From: Heterodontus francisci
Lineage: Eukaryota
Length of the DNA stretch: 64,000 nt
Reading direction: 5' to 3'
Assembly (NCBI RefSeq): GCF_036365525.1
Contig: NC_090385.1
Coordinates: 62,380,170-62,444,169 of the forward strand
Of the stretch, positions 24,869 to 37,022 are shown in pieces; the first letter of the stretch is position 1, and every line of letters starts with the position of its first letter. Below the pieces are notes generated by a model, which saw only the letters and a list, made by a program, of their open reading frames with translations, was not told the DNA's origin and did not search any database. The translations under genes and the position numbers were made by a program.

Positions 24869-25000
24869 CTGTGAATTCTTCTATAAGCATCCTGCTCCTC
24901 CTGACAAAGAATTTTTGGAAGTTCCACAGCAGACTCCAGGCACACTTTACCAATGGTTTCATGGGGAACTACGTGGATAGGAATTTCTATTCGTTCATAC
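24869..25000 (-). CDS. BRCC3: BRCC3 coding exon 6: (E)YERIEIPIHVVPHETIGKVCLESAVELPKILCQEEQDAYRRIH(S)
   Basis: 132 nt, ttacag acceptor and GTACAG donor; near identical to vertebrate BRCC36. Confidence 0.96.
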
Positions 25001-26107
25001 CTGTAACCAAATTATCAAAGGTTAATGCCATTCAGGTGACATCCTATCCCAGGGGTCTGCAACATTTTTTCCTTACCCGAAAAGCCTTTTTAAAAAAAAA
25101 AATGCCTAAAATTAAAACTATTGGGCGCCACAAGACGTAAATTAGGCATTTCTAAACCAAAATACTTGACAAACTGTAAAGTCTCTGGTACAATGCATAC
25201 TTTCATTATATAATAAAAAGTGTTGAATTTATGTATCAATAGAAAGAAAAATCAAAATTAAAATAGCCCCAACTCTGAATTATTGCAGTTTTTGACTTTT
25301 TTAAAAAAACTATAATTTTGTCAGTAAATTTATTTTTAAAATAAACATTAGGTTAAATTAAGACAATTTTTTGGCTATTGATTCTCATGATCAAAAAAAT
25401 AGTTTCTAATAGCATATTTAGAAAGATTTATCATCTCAGATATAATAGAAACAATAATGGCCGCAACCATAAATCCTGTTCCTTGAACCAAAGACAATAT
25501 CTAGAACTATGGTGTAGCTATACCACTCAAACAGATTTATTTAGAGAATTATGTTGTTTCTTGTTAAAATAATCATTTGAAACTGTAAAGTGTAGCATAA
25601 TGATTAGCCTTTTATCCCTACAATACAAACATGGCTCTTACTTTTCTTGACCTCATTTTTTTTAGGCTTTTTCACGTTTCTGCGATCCAACTGAAAAAAG
25701 TTGGGAACTGCAAACAGTTCCGGAGCCGTAGGTTGCAGATCCCTGTCCTAGCCTATAAGCTTAGTTCAAGTACTTTACGATGTTTGTATGACCCCAGAGA
25801 TTAGATTACAGCCCTACCAACTTTTACATATTTTATGCACAAGTCTCAAACTTGAAATTGTTTTTGTCCACCAACTGGTTATCTCACACAGAGTTCAACC
25901 CCTGACAGAGAAGGCAAGCAATCAGCTCTTGTGAAAAGTACCCTAAAATTAAAGTGAAGACATATGCATGGATGAGCCAACTCTCCAATTTGTCCATTCC
26001 TTTCTATTGACGTTTCCCCATAATAAGATTAAACACCTCACATTAAAAACCAAGATCCTTGGTATATATTATTTTCACTAGAATAACATAGACTGCATTA
26101 TACTTAC

Positions 26108-26163
26108 TCAGAACCTTTCTGCGCTTGAATTGACTGGAAACAGGTATAGAGAACTCGGCCGGT
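26108..26163 (-). CDS. BRCC3: BRCC3 coding exon 5: TGRVLYTCFQSIQAQKGS(E)
   Basis: 56 nt, ctacag acceptor and GTAAGT donor. Confidence 0.95.
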
Positions 26164-26659
26164 CTGTAGGAAACATGTAAAAAGGCAAAATATATTGATT
26201 AATCCGGCCATCTAAATTTTTTATGTCTTCTCAACAAGCTAATTAAACTGGTAAGAGCTACCACAAAATCTGGATGGAATTTAATCATTAACTGTTCACA
26301 TAAACATGCTGCTTCTTGGAATTGTAATAATTTTGCAGGAAAGCACTGAGACCTTAGCTAACCTTGCTCTGGAAGCGATTTAGTAAATCATCCTTTCTCT
26401 TTATGGTCATGTATTCAAATCTAAGCCAGATTGAAGAAATAAGCGTGATTTATCTCTCTGATGGATGTTTACATCATGGATATAAAATGAGTTTGGAGCA
26501 GTATCAACCTAAGCCAGAGCACAAAACTATTGATAAGTCAATACAAATTGGCAATCACACTCTTCAAGGAAACAAGGAGGGTTTATCTGGGAAATGAAGA
26601 TGTTAGAGAAGTGCAGAAGATAGTACTCTCTTTAGTTTGGATTTTTAACTCATTCATAG

Positions 26660-26915
26660 TATGTGGTCATCACCGGCAAGGACTGTATTTCTTGCCCATC
26701 TCTAACTGCCCTTGAGAAGATGATGGTGATCTGCCTTCTTAAATCACTGCAGTCCGTGTGGTGAAGGTGCTCCCATACTGCTGTTAGGTAGGGGGTTCCA
26801 GGATTTTGTTCCACCAATGATAAAGGAATGGCAATCTGTTTCCAAGTCAGGATGGTGTGTGACTTGGCAGGGAACTCAGAAGTGCTGGTATTTCCATGCG
26901 CCTGCTGCCCTTGAC
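26660..26915 (-). mobile_element. LINE 3' tail fragment (family of 45310-47750)
   Basis: ttgcccatc.ctaa.tgcccttgagaag, ttccaggatttt, ttccaagtcaggatggtgtgtgacttgg. Confidence 0.7.
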
Positions 26916-27059
26916 CTAATTAAGGCTGCCATGTTGGAGCAATAGCTGCCACTTGAGCACTTGTTGACAGTGATTGCAAAAATATTCTCCTGCGCAGCTC
27001 TGATGCCCTTCAAATAAAAAAATGGAAAATGCACTACAGGTCAATTGACATCTGAAAAG

Positions 27060-27395
27060 GAAAGACAGAAAAGAACTTGGTTTTAGATGGTGCTTTTCAT
27101 GTTCTTAGGTCATTCCAAAATGCTTCACAGCCAATGAATTACTTTTGAAGTGAAGTCATGGTAGTTTTGTGAGAAAACATAGCAGAAAACTTGTACGCAG
27201 TAAGATCCAAATGAGATGAATGAACAATTAATCTGTTTTTGGAGGTGTTGTTTAGCAGCTATGTGTTGGCCAGGAAACCAGCAGAACTCCCTGATCTTCT
27301 TCAAATGGTGCTGAAGTCGTTTACATCCACCTGAAAAGGACTGTTTAATGTCTCCTCCAAAAGATGGCACCTCCAATAATGCAGAAATCCCTCAG
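27060..27395 (-). mobile_element. DeuSINE/SacSINE1-like SINE
   Basis: Reverse complement of the element at 12008-12352. Confidence 0.6.
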
Positions 27396-27686
27396 AATTG
27401 ATGCTAACGGATCTGCAGTGCATTCTCAGCATTTTCTACATTTTTATTTCAGATTTTCAGTTTGTTTTAAGATCACAACAAAAGGATAACTTACCAAGAA
27501 AATGACAAGTTATCCTTTTGTTCTGTCTGACATCAGCAAAGGGTGCACTAATGTCGCTTGTTAAAAGCCACTAAAGGGCAACAAAAGGCCCAGTGATTTT
27601 CTCTCACACCTTTTGAGGAAGCAGTAAACCACTGCTGACTTCCACCAAAGGAACGAACGCACAAAAGAACAGAGAGCAATATAGAC

Positions 27687-27775
27687 CTTGGTGTTCTTGT
27701 CCTCAATGAAACAGGAGAAGATCAGCCCTACGAAGCCCTGGTCCATCATCTGGTACATGGCCTGAGTACGGACAT
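27687..27775 (-). CDS. BRCC3: BRCC3 coding exon 4: (D)VRTQAMYQMMDQGFVGLIFSCFIEDKNTK
   Basis: 89 nt, tgtcag acceptor and GTCTAT donor; completes the JAMM Asp codon. Confidence 0.96.
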
Positions 27776-27981
27776 CTGACAGAGATAACAGAGAAATTAC
27801 ATAGAAATTGATCATGCTTTACTTCTTGAACAGATTACTTATGTGCAAACTGAACTGGCAAGGAAACGAAATGGACTCCAAACTATTCCAACAAAAAGAC
27901 TTTAACATAGTTTGGATCTGAATTGGCATATTAGGGGCGAAACAGATTTTATTGGCAAGATACAACCTTATTGTGACCTAT

Positions 27982-28180
27982 TGTTCGTGGGATGTGGGCG
28001 TCGCTGGCTAGACCATCCCTAATTGCCCTTGAGAAGGTGGTGGTGAGCCACCTTCTTGAACCGCTGCAGTACTTGGAGTGCTGCTACACCAACAGTGCTG
28101 TTCGGAAAGGAGTTCCAGGATTTTGACCCAGAGACAGTGAAGAAATGGAAATATAGTTCCAAGTCAGGATGGTATGTGGT
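27982..28180 (-). mobile_element. LINE 3' tail fragment (family of 45310-47750)
   Basis: tgggatgtgggcgtcgctggctag...gcccttgagaaggtggtggtgagc. Confidence 0.75.
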
Positions 28181-29221
28181 ATGGTGTAGGATGGTAATGC
28201 ATAACATCCCAATAGCCAACATAATAAGAAGATAGCCCTCCTGCAGATTTACTAGAAAAACCTTCAAGTGAAAATATCTACTGCCCAAATAGTGAACAGG
28301 AAAGAATCATTTTTTCTCTTTTTTAACAGATACAAACAAAACATTGAGAAGTCACAATGCTGCATGTTATATTACAAAATTTCTCACAAATTAAAAACAC
28401 TGGGTAAGCTCACTGATGGCTTAGGAGCAAATGCAAAACCATGCAAAATGATAAGTACAAACGTGAAAGGCCTTTTGGTCTATTTAGTTCATCTTTAAAT
28501 GCAAGTCTATGGTCGTCTGTCGAAGCATCCAAATGTCTCTTTAGTAACTTGAATCCATTAGACTCAGATTCCAGGTTCCAGATTCTGTGCTAAGTTCGCC
28601 AGTCTAGGAAATCAACAAAGATACTCCAACTGGGTTCTAAAATGCAAAGCTAGGCAGGAGGGAGGGGGGGGGGGGGGGGGGGGGAGAAAAAAAAAAATCA
28701 ACAAAAAAAAAAAATCGGCCTGAGTTCCTATGTCAGTTCATCATCCAGTGAACCCTGCTGGTAGGTGCACGTGCTGTGGACAACCAGTTAAAATACAAAT
28801 CAGGTCAGATATGATGCCTTTAACAATCAAATGGCCAGAAAAATACATGTGATAGATTTTAAAATGCGATCTGGGCAGTAAAGTTGGCGTATTGGATTGG
28901 TCACTCGTTCCGCACATGGCCGATTTTTCTTTTCCATCGGAGTTGGTGGGCAGGAAGATCGGGCGGAGTGTATAATGAACAGCCAATCTGCAACGCCAAC
29001 CTCAACATCCAGCAGTGCAAGTTAAAATCTATCTCAGTGTCTTGGCTCATACATTAAAAAAAATCTAGTTGAGCAAGGTACCAGAGGCCTGTCAAAACTG
29101 TGGCAGAAAGGAGCAAAGGCGAAAAAGATCACTGCTAACAAGGAATACCTACTCTCTAAACTGCTCACACAGGAGATGTTGGTTCCACTGTTACTTGATG
29201 CCCAGTTAAGTAATGACTTAC

Positions 29222-29309
29222 CTACGTGTGAAGGCCATACGGTGATATGAGGGTGAGAATGGTACCATCCCACCACTCTCATTGGGCGGCCAGTCATTTC
29301 AGCTAACCT
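29222..29309 (-). CDS. BRCC3: BRCC3 coding exon 3: RLAEMTGRPMRVVGWYHSHPHITVWPSHV (JAMM HxH motif)
   Basis: 88 nt; preceded by an AC acceptor of a U12 intron; GTAAGT donor. Confidence 0.96.
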
Positions 29310-30517
29310 GTGCGAGTTGTCAAAGATTATATATAAAACCTCTACTACCAAAAGGTAATGCATCTGCCCCTGAATTCTGCAAACCCACAAGTTCTATATA
29401 ATGCAATCCTCCCTAGAACCCAGTGATATCAAAGTCTTACAGCACACCAAAAGTGAACTTCTAATCTAAATAGAAATACAGAAAAATAAGGTTGTGAAGG
29501 AATATTCAGTTTAAAAAAAAAATTCCTTCTTATCCCAGTATCTCCCAGTTGAATAGGCAAAAAGTTTACATTTGTCCGTTTCATATTTTGATATAGTACA
29601 GAGACATACTCTACATCTCCTAAGAAGTTTTATTCTGCATCTAACTTATAAACTCACATATAAGACTAACATTGATATGTCTTTATATAGAACCAAGAAT
29701 TAGAGGTTGGGGGGTGGGGGGGGGGGGGGGGGGTAAGGGGTGGCCCATTTTGTAAGTAGATCACATCCTTCCTTGGGTTTCTTTCTAGTGGAGAAATTTC
29801 TCTAAAGACAGTGGACTCAGCAACAGTATACCAATGTATTCCTATTCGCTAAATGTCAGCTGTTGCTAAGCTGCTCCAGTGCTGTGATATTTAAATGACA
29901 ACTTTCCCTTCTGACTCGTGTGTCCAGGCTTCTGTTTCTGATTTTCTGACAGCCCAGCAGGATAGATGCAGGGAAAAAATACAAAATCAGCAACAGAAGC
30001 CAGGACTAAAATCAAAATTGCCACTGAAATATGACAACAATAGCGTACTGGAGAAATAAGCTAATGGGAATGCACTGCACGAAATGAAAGTGTATTTGTG
30101 GATCTGTCTACCTATACAAAAGGGAGAATTTAGGTTATTAGAAGTCATTTTGGCCTTCAATTTATGTGGAGGTTATGGATTTTTTTGGGTGGATATTGTG
30201 GGTTGCCTTGTACACGAGTAAATATGGTAACAAATGCTGTATCTGACCAGGGTCTGCTTCACAAGGTGATGGAGGAGGAAACTTTACTCTCCATCTAACC
30301 CATGTTATGTTCAATCTGGAACTGCCTAATGAGGACACTGGGTGCAAAGATCCTTATTCCCCAGCATTTAGATACCTCAATCTTGATAAAATATGAAAAA
30401 AATCTGACAACATTTGCAATAGGTAATGTTGCATCTGCTGGCCAAAAATGTGATTGTTTGTGAATCCCAGTGTCTATCGTAATCGTAATCTCTATTTTGG
30501 CATCACTGAAAGGATAT
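29310..30517 (-). other. BRCC3: U12-type (minor spliceosome) AT-AC intron, BRCC3 intron 2
   Basis: 5' splice site GAA|ATATCCTTTC; branch site TCTTTGAC ~10 nt upstream of ...CTCGCAC|AGG; gives the in-frame junction STEAE|RLAE. Confidence 0.92.
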
Positions 30518-30637
30518 TTCAGCTTCAGTTGAGGCTGCAGAAAGTTGCTCTGGAGAAATTTCCACCCGATCCTTGCGCTTGTCTGAGCGGCGTAGAATGA
30601 TGACAGAATGAATGTGAACTATCCTACTTGTGTCAAC
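30518..30637 (-). CDS. BRCC3: BRCC3 coding exon 2: VDTSRIVHIHSVIILRRSDKRKDRVEISPEQLSAASTEAE
   Basis: 120 nt, ttccttag acceptor and AT donor. Confidence 0.96.
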
Positions 30638-30699
30638 CTAAGGAAAAAAAATGAAGAAGTTTATTATCTTCCATTTCTTTCCTAGCCGATCAAAGGGAA

Positions 30700-31055
30700 T
30701 TGGTGACACACTGGATTAGAACATCATCTCTCATCCCTGGAACCTGGTCTCGCATCCAGCCAGATACAGATGAAAATCTCCACTCTCTCTGCTGACTGTG
30801 AACATCCTAACTGAAGTGAGCTTGTGCAGTTTCAAACAAACTGAGACCAGTGTGAGAAATAGAAATGTTACACTGGTGCAGTACAGCTTGATCTATTGAG
30901 AATCCAATTGAGACACATTATTGGAGTAGAATAGAGCGAACTCTGCATCTCATTGATGTTATATCTGACCTAGGAGTACTTAATGCTGACACTGGATAAC
31001 TAAAATTTAAAGTGTTCTATTCCCCCACTGGTAACATCCTTCACTGACTAAAATA
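30700..31055 (+). repeat. Ancient SINE-like interspersed repeat (related pieces at ~30240-30390 and ~58250-58530)
   Basis: Shared tail acctgggaxtgcttgatgctgacactgg...tgttc.attccc.agcact..catcct; family not identified. Confidence 0.4.
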
Positions 31056-31299
31056 AAACTGAATAAAACAAAACACAAAAATACTGAGGAATGCTGGGAA
31101 TTTTCATGGTAGTTCTCCAATCAACCTTCATAACTTTCGTGAAAACACTGTTTATGTGGTGAAATCTGGGTTTCCACCAATCTTGAAGTGGAGACGGTCA
31201 ATTGAGAGAATCTCCGAGGAAACTCCCGAGATAGTCTGTTCTTTTTAGATTGAATCTACATACTACATACTGCCTTGCAATGCCTGGAAATATTTATAC

Positions 31300-34160
31300 A
31301 GCAGAGACCAGGAGGAGTGGGAGCTGAGCATTAGCAAAGTGGGATAAAAGGCATGTGGCAGAGCAAGCATGTGGCCGGAAGCCACATCAGAATGAGGTTG
31401 GACTCAGTATGGAGAGGAAGGAACGGCAGAACCTGAGGGAACTAAGACCAGTATCAAGGGTAAGTATTGAGGTAAGGATCTAAGATAATAAACTAAAATA
31501 ATTAAATAGAGTTTTTATTCTTAAGTTTGTTTTTAAAGTCTTAAGTTTTACTTCTGATACATTTAGTTCGTAGTCCGATTAACAGAGGTATGGCAGGGCA
31601 TCTCATCTAATTAGGTGCACATCCGGCTCCATGTGGGAACTCCAAAAAGCTTTGTGTCCTGGACAACCACATGTGCAGTAAGTGTCATTAACTGGAGGAG
31701 TTTGAGCTCCAGGTTTTGGAGCCTGAGCAGCAGCAGAAATCACAGTGGTGCATCCACGAAATTGAGAGTTTTGTGGATGGCATTTTTCTAAAGGTGGTCA
31801 TCTGCAGCTTAAGGGCATGCAGGCAGAAAGGAATGGATGGCTGTCAGATAGTCAAGCAGGACCAGGTAGGTAGTGCAGGAGATCCCTGAGTGCATCTTGC
31901 TCTCCAACCAGTATTCAGTTCTGGTTTCTCTGGGGAATGCAGCCAGAGCCAAGTCCACGGGTAGCTCAGCTGTACAAGGAGGCAGGAACAAGATTGGGAA
32001 AGCAATAGCGATAGAGGAATATAGAAGATATATTTATTCAGAGAAGTGAAAAAGGAAAGAGGTAAAGAGAGAGTATGAGAAGAGACTGACAGCTAACATA
32101 AAAGGGACTCCAAAGGTCATCTATAGGTATATAAATAGCAAAAGGATAGCATGAGGGTGTGCCAATTAGGGACTAAATAGGGGATTTACGCATGGAGGCA
32201 GGGGGCAGGGCTGAGGTACTAAATGAGTACTTTGCAGCTGTCTTTACCAAGGAAGAAGATACTGCCAAAGACACAGTAAAAGAGGAGGTGTTTGAGTTAC
32301 TGCTTGGCTAAAAATTGATAAAGACCAGGTATTAAAAAAGGTTGGCTGTACTAAAGGTTCATAAGTCACCAGGACCAGATCAGATGCCTCCGAGGATATT
32401 GAGGGAAGTATGGGTGGAAATTGCGAAGCGCAGTGGTTAGCACCGCAGCCTCACAGCTCCAGCGACCCGGGTTCGATTCTGGGTACTGCCTGTGCGGAGT
32501 TTGCAAGTTCTGCCTGTGACCGCGTGGATTTTCGCCGGGTGCTCCGGTTTCCTCCCACAGCCTAAGACTTGCAGGTTGATAGGTAAATTGGCCATTATAA
32601 ATTGCCCCTAGTATAGGTAGGTGGTAGGGGAATGGGGGGAAGGTGGGGATGTGGTAGGAATATGGGATTAATAGTATAAATGGGTGGTTGATGGTCGGCA
32701 CAGACTCGGTGGGCCGAAGGACCCGTTTCAGTGCTGTATCTCTAAATAAAAAAATAAATAATCTCCCAAATCTCCTTAGGTTCGGGGGCGGTTCCAGAAT
32801 ACTGGAGAATTGCAAATGTTAAACCCTTGTTCAGAAACGATAAGGTCAAACCCAGCAACTGCAGGCCAGTCAGTTTAACCTTGATGGTGGAAAAGATTTT
32901 AGAAATGATAATCTGGGACAAAATTAACAGTCACTTGGACAAGCGTGGATTAACTAAGGAACACCAGCACGGATCTGTTAAAGGCAAATCGTGTTTTAAC
33001 TAACTTGATTGAAGTAACAGAAAGGGTTGATGAAGGTATTGCGATTGAAGTGGCATACATGGACTTGCAAAAGGCATTTCATAAAGTGACACATAATACA
33101 CTTGCCAGCAAAGTTGGAATAAAAGGGAAAGTGGCAGCATGGATATGAAATTGGTTGAATGACAGGAAACAGAGAGTAGTGGTGAACGGTCGGTTTGTGG
33201 ACTGGGGGTAGGTACACAGTGGGGTTCCCCATTGATCGGTATTAGGACCACTAATTTTCTTGATATATGTTAATGACCTAGACTTGGGTGTACAGGGCAC
33301 AATTTCAAAATTTGCAGATGACACATAACTTGGAAGTATTATGAACTGTGAGGAGGAGAGTGATAGACTTCAAGAGGATATAGACAGAATGGTGGAATGG
33401 ATGGACACATGACAGATGAAATTTAATGCAATGGAGTGTGAAGTGATACATTTAGGTAGGAAAAACGATGAGAGGCAATATAAGATAAAGGATACAATTC
33501 TAAAGGGGGTGCAGGAACAGAGAGACATGGGGGTATATGTACACAAATCATTGAAGATGCCAGTGCAGGTTGAGAGAGAAGTTTAAAAACATGCAGGATA
33601 TAAATAGGGGCATAGAGTACAAAAGCAAGGAAGTATTGTGTTTAATTCTGCGCACCACATTTTAGGAAGAATGTGAAGGCTTTAGAGAGGGTACAGAAGA
33701 GATTTACCACAATGGCTCCAGGGTGAGGAACTTCAGTTACTTGGATAGATTGGAGAAGCTGGGGTTGTTCTCCTTTGAACAGAAGGTTGAAAGGAGATTT
33801 GACAGAAGTATTCAAAATCATGAGTGGTATAGACAGAGTTGATAGAGAGAAATTGATCCCATTGGTGGAAAAATCGAGAACCAGAGGACACAGATATAAG
33901 GTGATTGGCAAAAGAACTAATAGTGACATGAGGAAAATCTTTTCAAAGCAGCGACTGGTTAAGATGTGGAATGCACTGCCTGAGAGTGTGGTAGAGGCAG
34001 ATTCAAACGGGAAATGAATAAGCACCTGAAGAGAAAATATTTGCAGAGCTACGGGGAAAGGGTAGGGGAGTGTGCATAGCTGAGTTGGTCTTGCAGAGAG
34101 CTGGCATGGACATGATGAGTTGATTGCCCTCCTTCGGTGCTGTAATCATTCAGTGATTCG
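31300..34160 (+). mobile_element. Long degraded CR1 LINE (5' region, ORF1 remnant, deleted ORF2, tail), interrupted by a SINE
   Basis: ORF1-like start at ~31590; LNEYFAAVFT, YMDLQKAF, KFADDT, EVFKIMSGIDRVDREKL motifs with stops and frameshifts. Confidence 0.85.
32428..32760 (+). mobile_element. tRNA-derived V-SINE (HE1-like) inserted in CR1
   Basis: GCGCAGTGGTTAGCACC / GGGTTCGATTCT boxes, V-domain, (aaat)n tail. Confidence 0.88.
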
Positions 34161-34724
34161 ATGAGCAGTTGGTTTCCATGCATTTTCTCCAGTTAAGTAC
34201 TACTTCTCTCAGGAAAGCAGCAACTGCAAATAAATTATTTACAATTTCATACGGAGGTAAATTATTGTAGCGCTTGGACATATTTTGAATAATTTAAATC
34301 TTCACTATCAGTAGTCCATTAATAATATCTGATAATTGTCATCAATTGTTTTGAAAAAGTGCATTTGTATTTAATTCAACCAAAATTCCCTTTGCCTGAA
34401 AATCCTAGTAGGTCAAATATCACATGAATAATTAGTGTGCAGCTAAATAAAATTTTTCACATTTATATAAGAATCCTGAAATGTTTTGAGACTTCAGTTA
34501 TAATCTTAGACAAATATCTGAATGCTTTTATAAATGAAACTACCAACACAAGTACAGAATTGCAAGCTGCTAAGGAGCACTGAAACCTAGGTGATTCAAG
34601 GAACAGAAAGAACAGAAATTGAAGCTTGGTTGCTATTGGGTGACTGAACTTGTTGTATCCTCCCCCAGATATGAACAATGATAACTAATAGCTAGTTTCT
34701 GGGCTGAGTTACACAGTTGTTGAG

Positions 34725-34850
34725 TTCAGTCAGTAATGGACTAAACACCTTGGACTGTTGCGGAGATGGTGGTGGACCAAATCCCCTTTGCTGGAGGTAA
34801 TGCTATATCAAGACATTTCTCAGAATTTTAATACTATAAATCACTATTGA
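34725..34850. repeat. ~125-bp direct repeat, copy 1 (copy 2 at 35334-35458)
   Basis: TTCAGTCAGTAATGGACTAAACACCTTGG...ATAAATCACTATTGA occurs twice with only a few differences. Confidence 0.9.
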
Positions 34851-35333
34851 GGGGAATAGTATAGATGCATTTAAGGGGAAGCCAGATAAGCATATCAGGG
34901 AGAAGGAAATAGAGGGTTATGCTGATAGAGTTAGATGAGGAAGGACGGGAGGAGGCTTGAATGGAACATAAACACCATCTTGAACTGGCTAGGCTGAACC
35001 TATAGTCTATGTAATTCTAGGTCTATGCACAATAGTGGGGCTCCCAGATACCACAGGGATTTCCCCATGCACAGAAAAAAACTATTTAAATGTTTCTCCT
35101 ACCCTTAACTACAGCCTAAATGAATACTTTTTAAGCAGACACAATCTAAACCGGACAACCGGTTGGGCAGGGAACATAGGAATTACTTGACGAAGAAAGG
35201 CAAAAGGTCCATCTAGTTCACCTTTTACCATTCTGGTAGATGTATGATACAATTATAGTGGAGTCATTGACTAGAATCATAGCAATCACTCTCCATCAAT
35301 TACTCTTAAAAAAAAATGTGAGCAAAACCCAAT

Positions 35334-35458
35334 TTCAGTCAGTAATGGACTAAACACCTTGGACTGTTGCTGAGATGATGGTGGACCAAATCCCTTTGCT
35401 AGAGGTAATGCTATATCAAGACATTTCTCAGAACTTTAATGCTATAAATCACTATTGA
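35334..35458. repeat. ~125-bp direct repeat, copy 2
   Basis: Matches 34725-34850. Confidence 0.9.
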
Positions 35459-35904
35459 ACCATAGGTCCAAAGTCACTTGTTCTTCCCAAGCATGCTACA
35501 CTTACCACATGTCAGGTCTCAAAATAACTCATATATGGTATCCCAAATATTATTTCCTGAAAGAAACCTATCAATTTGCATTTGAATTAAACAATAACAA
35601 CAACTTCCACCATCTCTACAGTGAGCCTATTGGAATATTGTTTCCACACAGGGCTGGGCTCACAGCTTGAGTTCCAAGATTTGCTCTGAAATAACCTTAG
35701 TAATTAATCCTGTACATTAATTGGGGGGACTAATTGGATTAGCTCTTTCAAAACCCCAGAACAAGCAGCATGGGGCGAATGACCTCCTGCTGCGCTCTAC
35801 GATTCTGTAAGAAGCATCCCATTGACGGTCCAGTAGAAAATCAGGCAGTGCCAGTAGGCTTGTCCTGGTTATAGGATGGAGCAGCCATTATAATGATGGC
35901 CACA

Positions 35905-36110
35905 GGCCTGATTCCTAGGGCAATGCCCCAGTTTGTAGCGGGCGGCAGACACCAGGCCTCCCTCCTTACTAAAGTTCTGAGGAGGGGACGGGGAGGCCGG
36001 GTAGCGAAGGTAACAGTCCCCAGTCCCATTGCTAAGATGAGGCCCTGGTTGTCGGGAAGGGGGCGGTTGCTAGGGTGACGGTCTCCCAGTCCGGTTGCTA
36101 AGGAAAGGCT
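35905..36110. promoter_or_regulatory. Cluster of RFX X-box-like motifs at the start of BRCC3 intron 1
   Basis: GTTGCTAGGGTGAC (36066-36079), GTTGCTAAGGAAAG, GTAGCGAAGGTAAC, ATTCCTAGGGCAAT. Confidence 0.45.
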
Positions 36111-36120
36111 CGAGAGGTAC

Positions 36121-36225
36121 CTCTCCAATACAGAGTCCCATCACTTCCTCTTTTTCTGTGGACAGGGCGTGATTCAAACATACGAGGAATGCGTCCGAGT
36201 CCAGATGAACCCCGCACACCGCCAT
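36121..36225 (-). CDS. BRCC3: BRCC3 (Lys63-specific deubiquitinase BRCC36) coding exon 1: MAVCGVHLDSDAFLVCLNHALSTEKEEVMGLCIGE
   Basis: gacATGG Kozak context; 105 nt; GAG|GTACCT donor. The 8 exons total 786 nt = 261 aa plus stop. Confidence 0.96.
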
Positions 36226-36600
36226 GTCCGCTTGGCCGATGCTGGGAATCAAATCTCAACTCGATTTAACCAAACCGGATCCTCCGCCTTCCCGACAACA
36301 GAAAGAACAGTCGACGCCGGATGAAAAACGCGCGTCGCAACTGGGTTCCGGGGCATTCGTCGAGTGACATTGTACCAATAGCCCAAAAAGATGAGTGATA
36401 ATAGTGTATTTAAAGTTCAAGGTTGGGGGAATTTGCATTATTCACATCGGTGGCTATAACGCAGGTTTGAGGAAATGTTAATATTTGCTTCTCATCGGTT
36501 CATTCTGCAGCGAGGTCTGAGCTGAACCCGAACAGGTTATGAGGTGACACCGACGCTTCACTGCAGGTAAAGGGCGGGGGGGCGGTGTCTGGAAACAGGG
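36226..36600. promoter_or_regulatory. CpG-rich bidirectional promoter BRCC3/CMC4 with a candidate non-coding CMC4 exon 1 (donor CAG|GTAAAG at 36567)
   Basis: Local CpG enrichment, CCAAT at ~36376, head-to-head arrangement as in human. Confidence 0.6.
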
Positions 36601-37022
36601 TGAAGGCAACTTGGTGAGAAAACACATCACTCTTAAAATGGCAAGTTATTATAGTTCACGGCAGTTTCTTTAAATCGACTCCTAAAGAGAACGTATTAAC
36701 TTTTGTATTTTGAGATTCATAAGCATCCCCCAGCCAGGAGTACAAATAAAGTAGAACAAACACATCAATCTTGGCGATTGTAGATCTGTCGATGTTAAAG
36801 CAAGTTTGCGACTAAAGAGAGAAACTGGGTGCAAACACACGGAGATTTTTTTTTTACATAGATGAGATACACCACATTAGTTATCTTTAAACCAAAATCT
36901 TTAAGACTTGATAGGTTTGTGTTTGGGAGTACGATATGTCTTGGGTTGGGGCGGGGTGTGGGGAGGTGGTGGTAGTTGATTGTGGAGGTAATTACAATAT
37001 ATCGAAGTATCAGCATAGATGT

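Noticed and set aside
36070-36252. ORF-track N-terminal extension of BRCC3 (MIPSIGQAD...)
   Set aside because: It starts at a non-ATG codon; homology and Kozak context point to the ATG at 36225, and the ORF tail is intron read-through.
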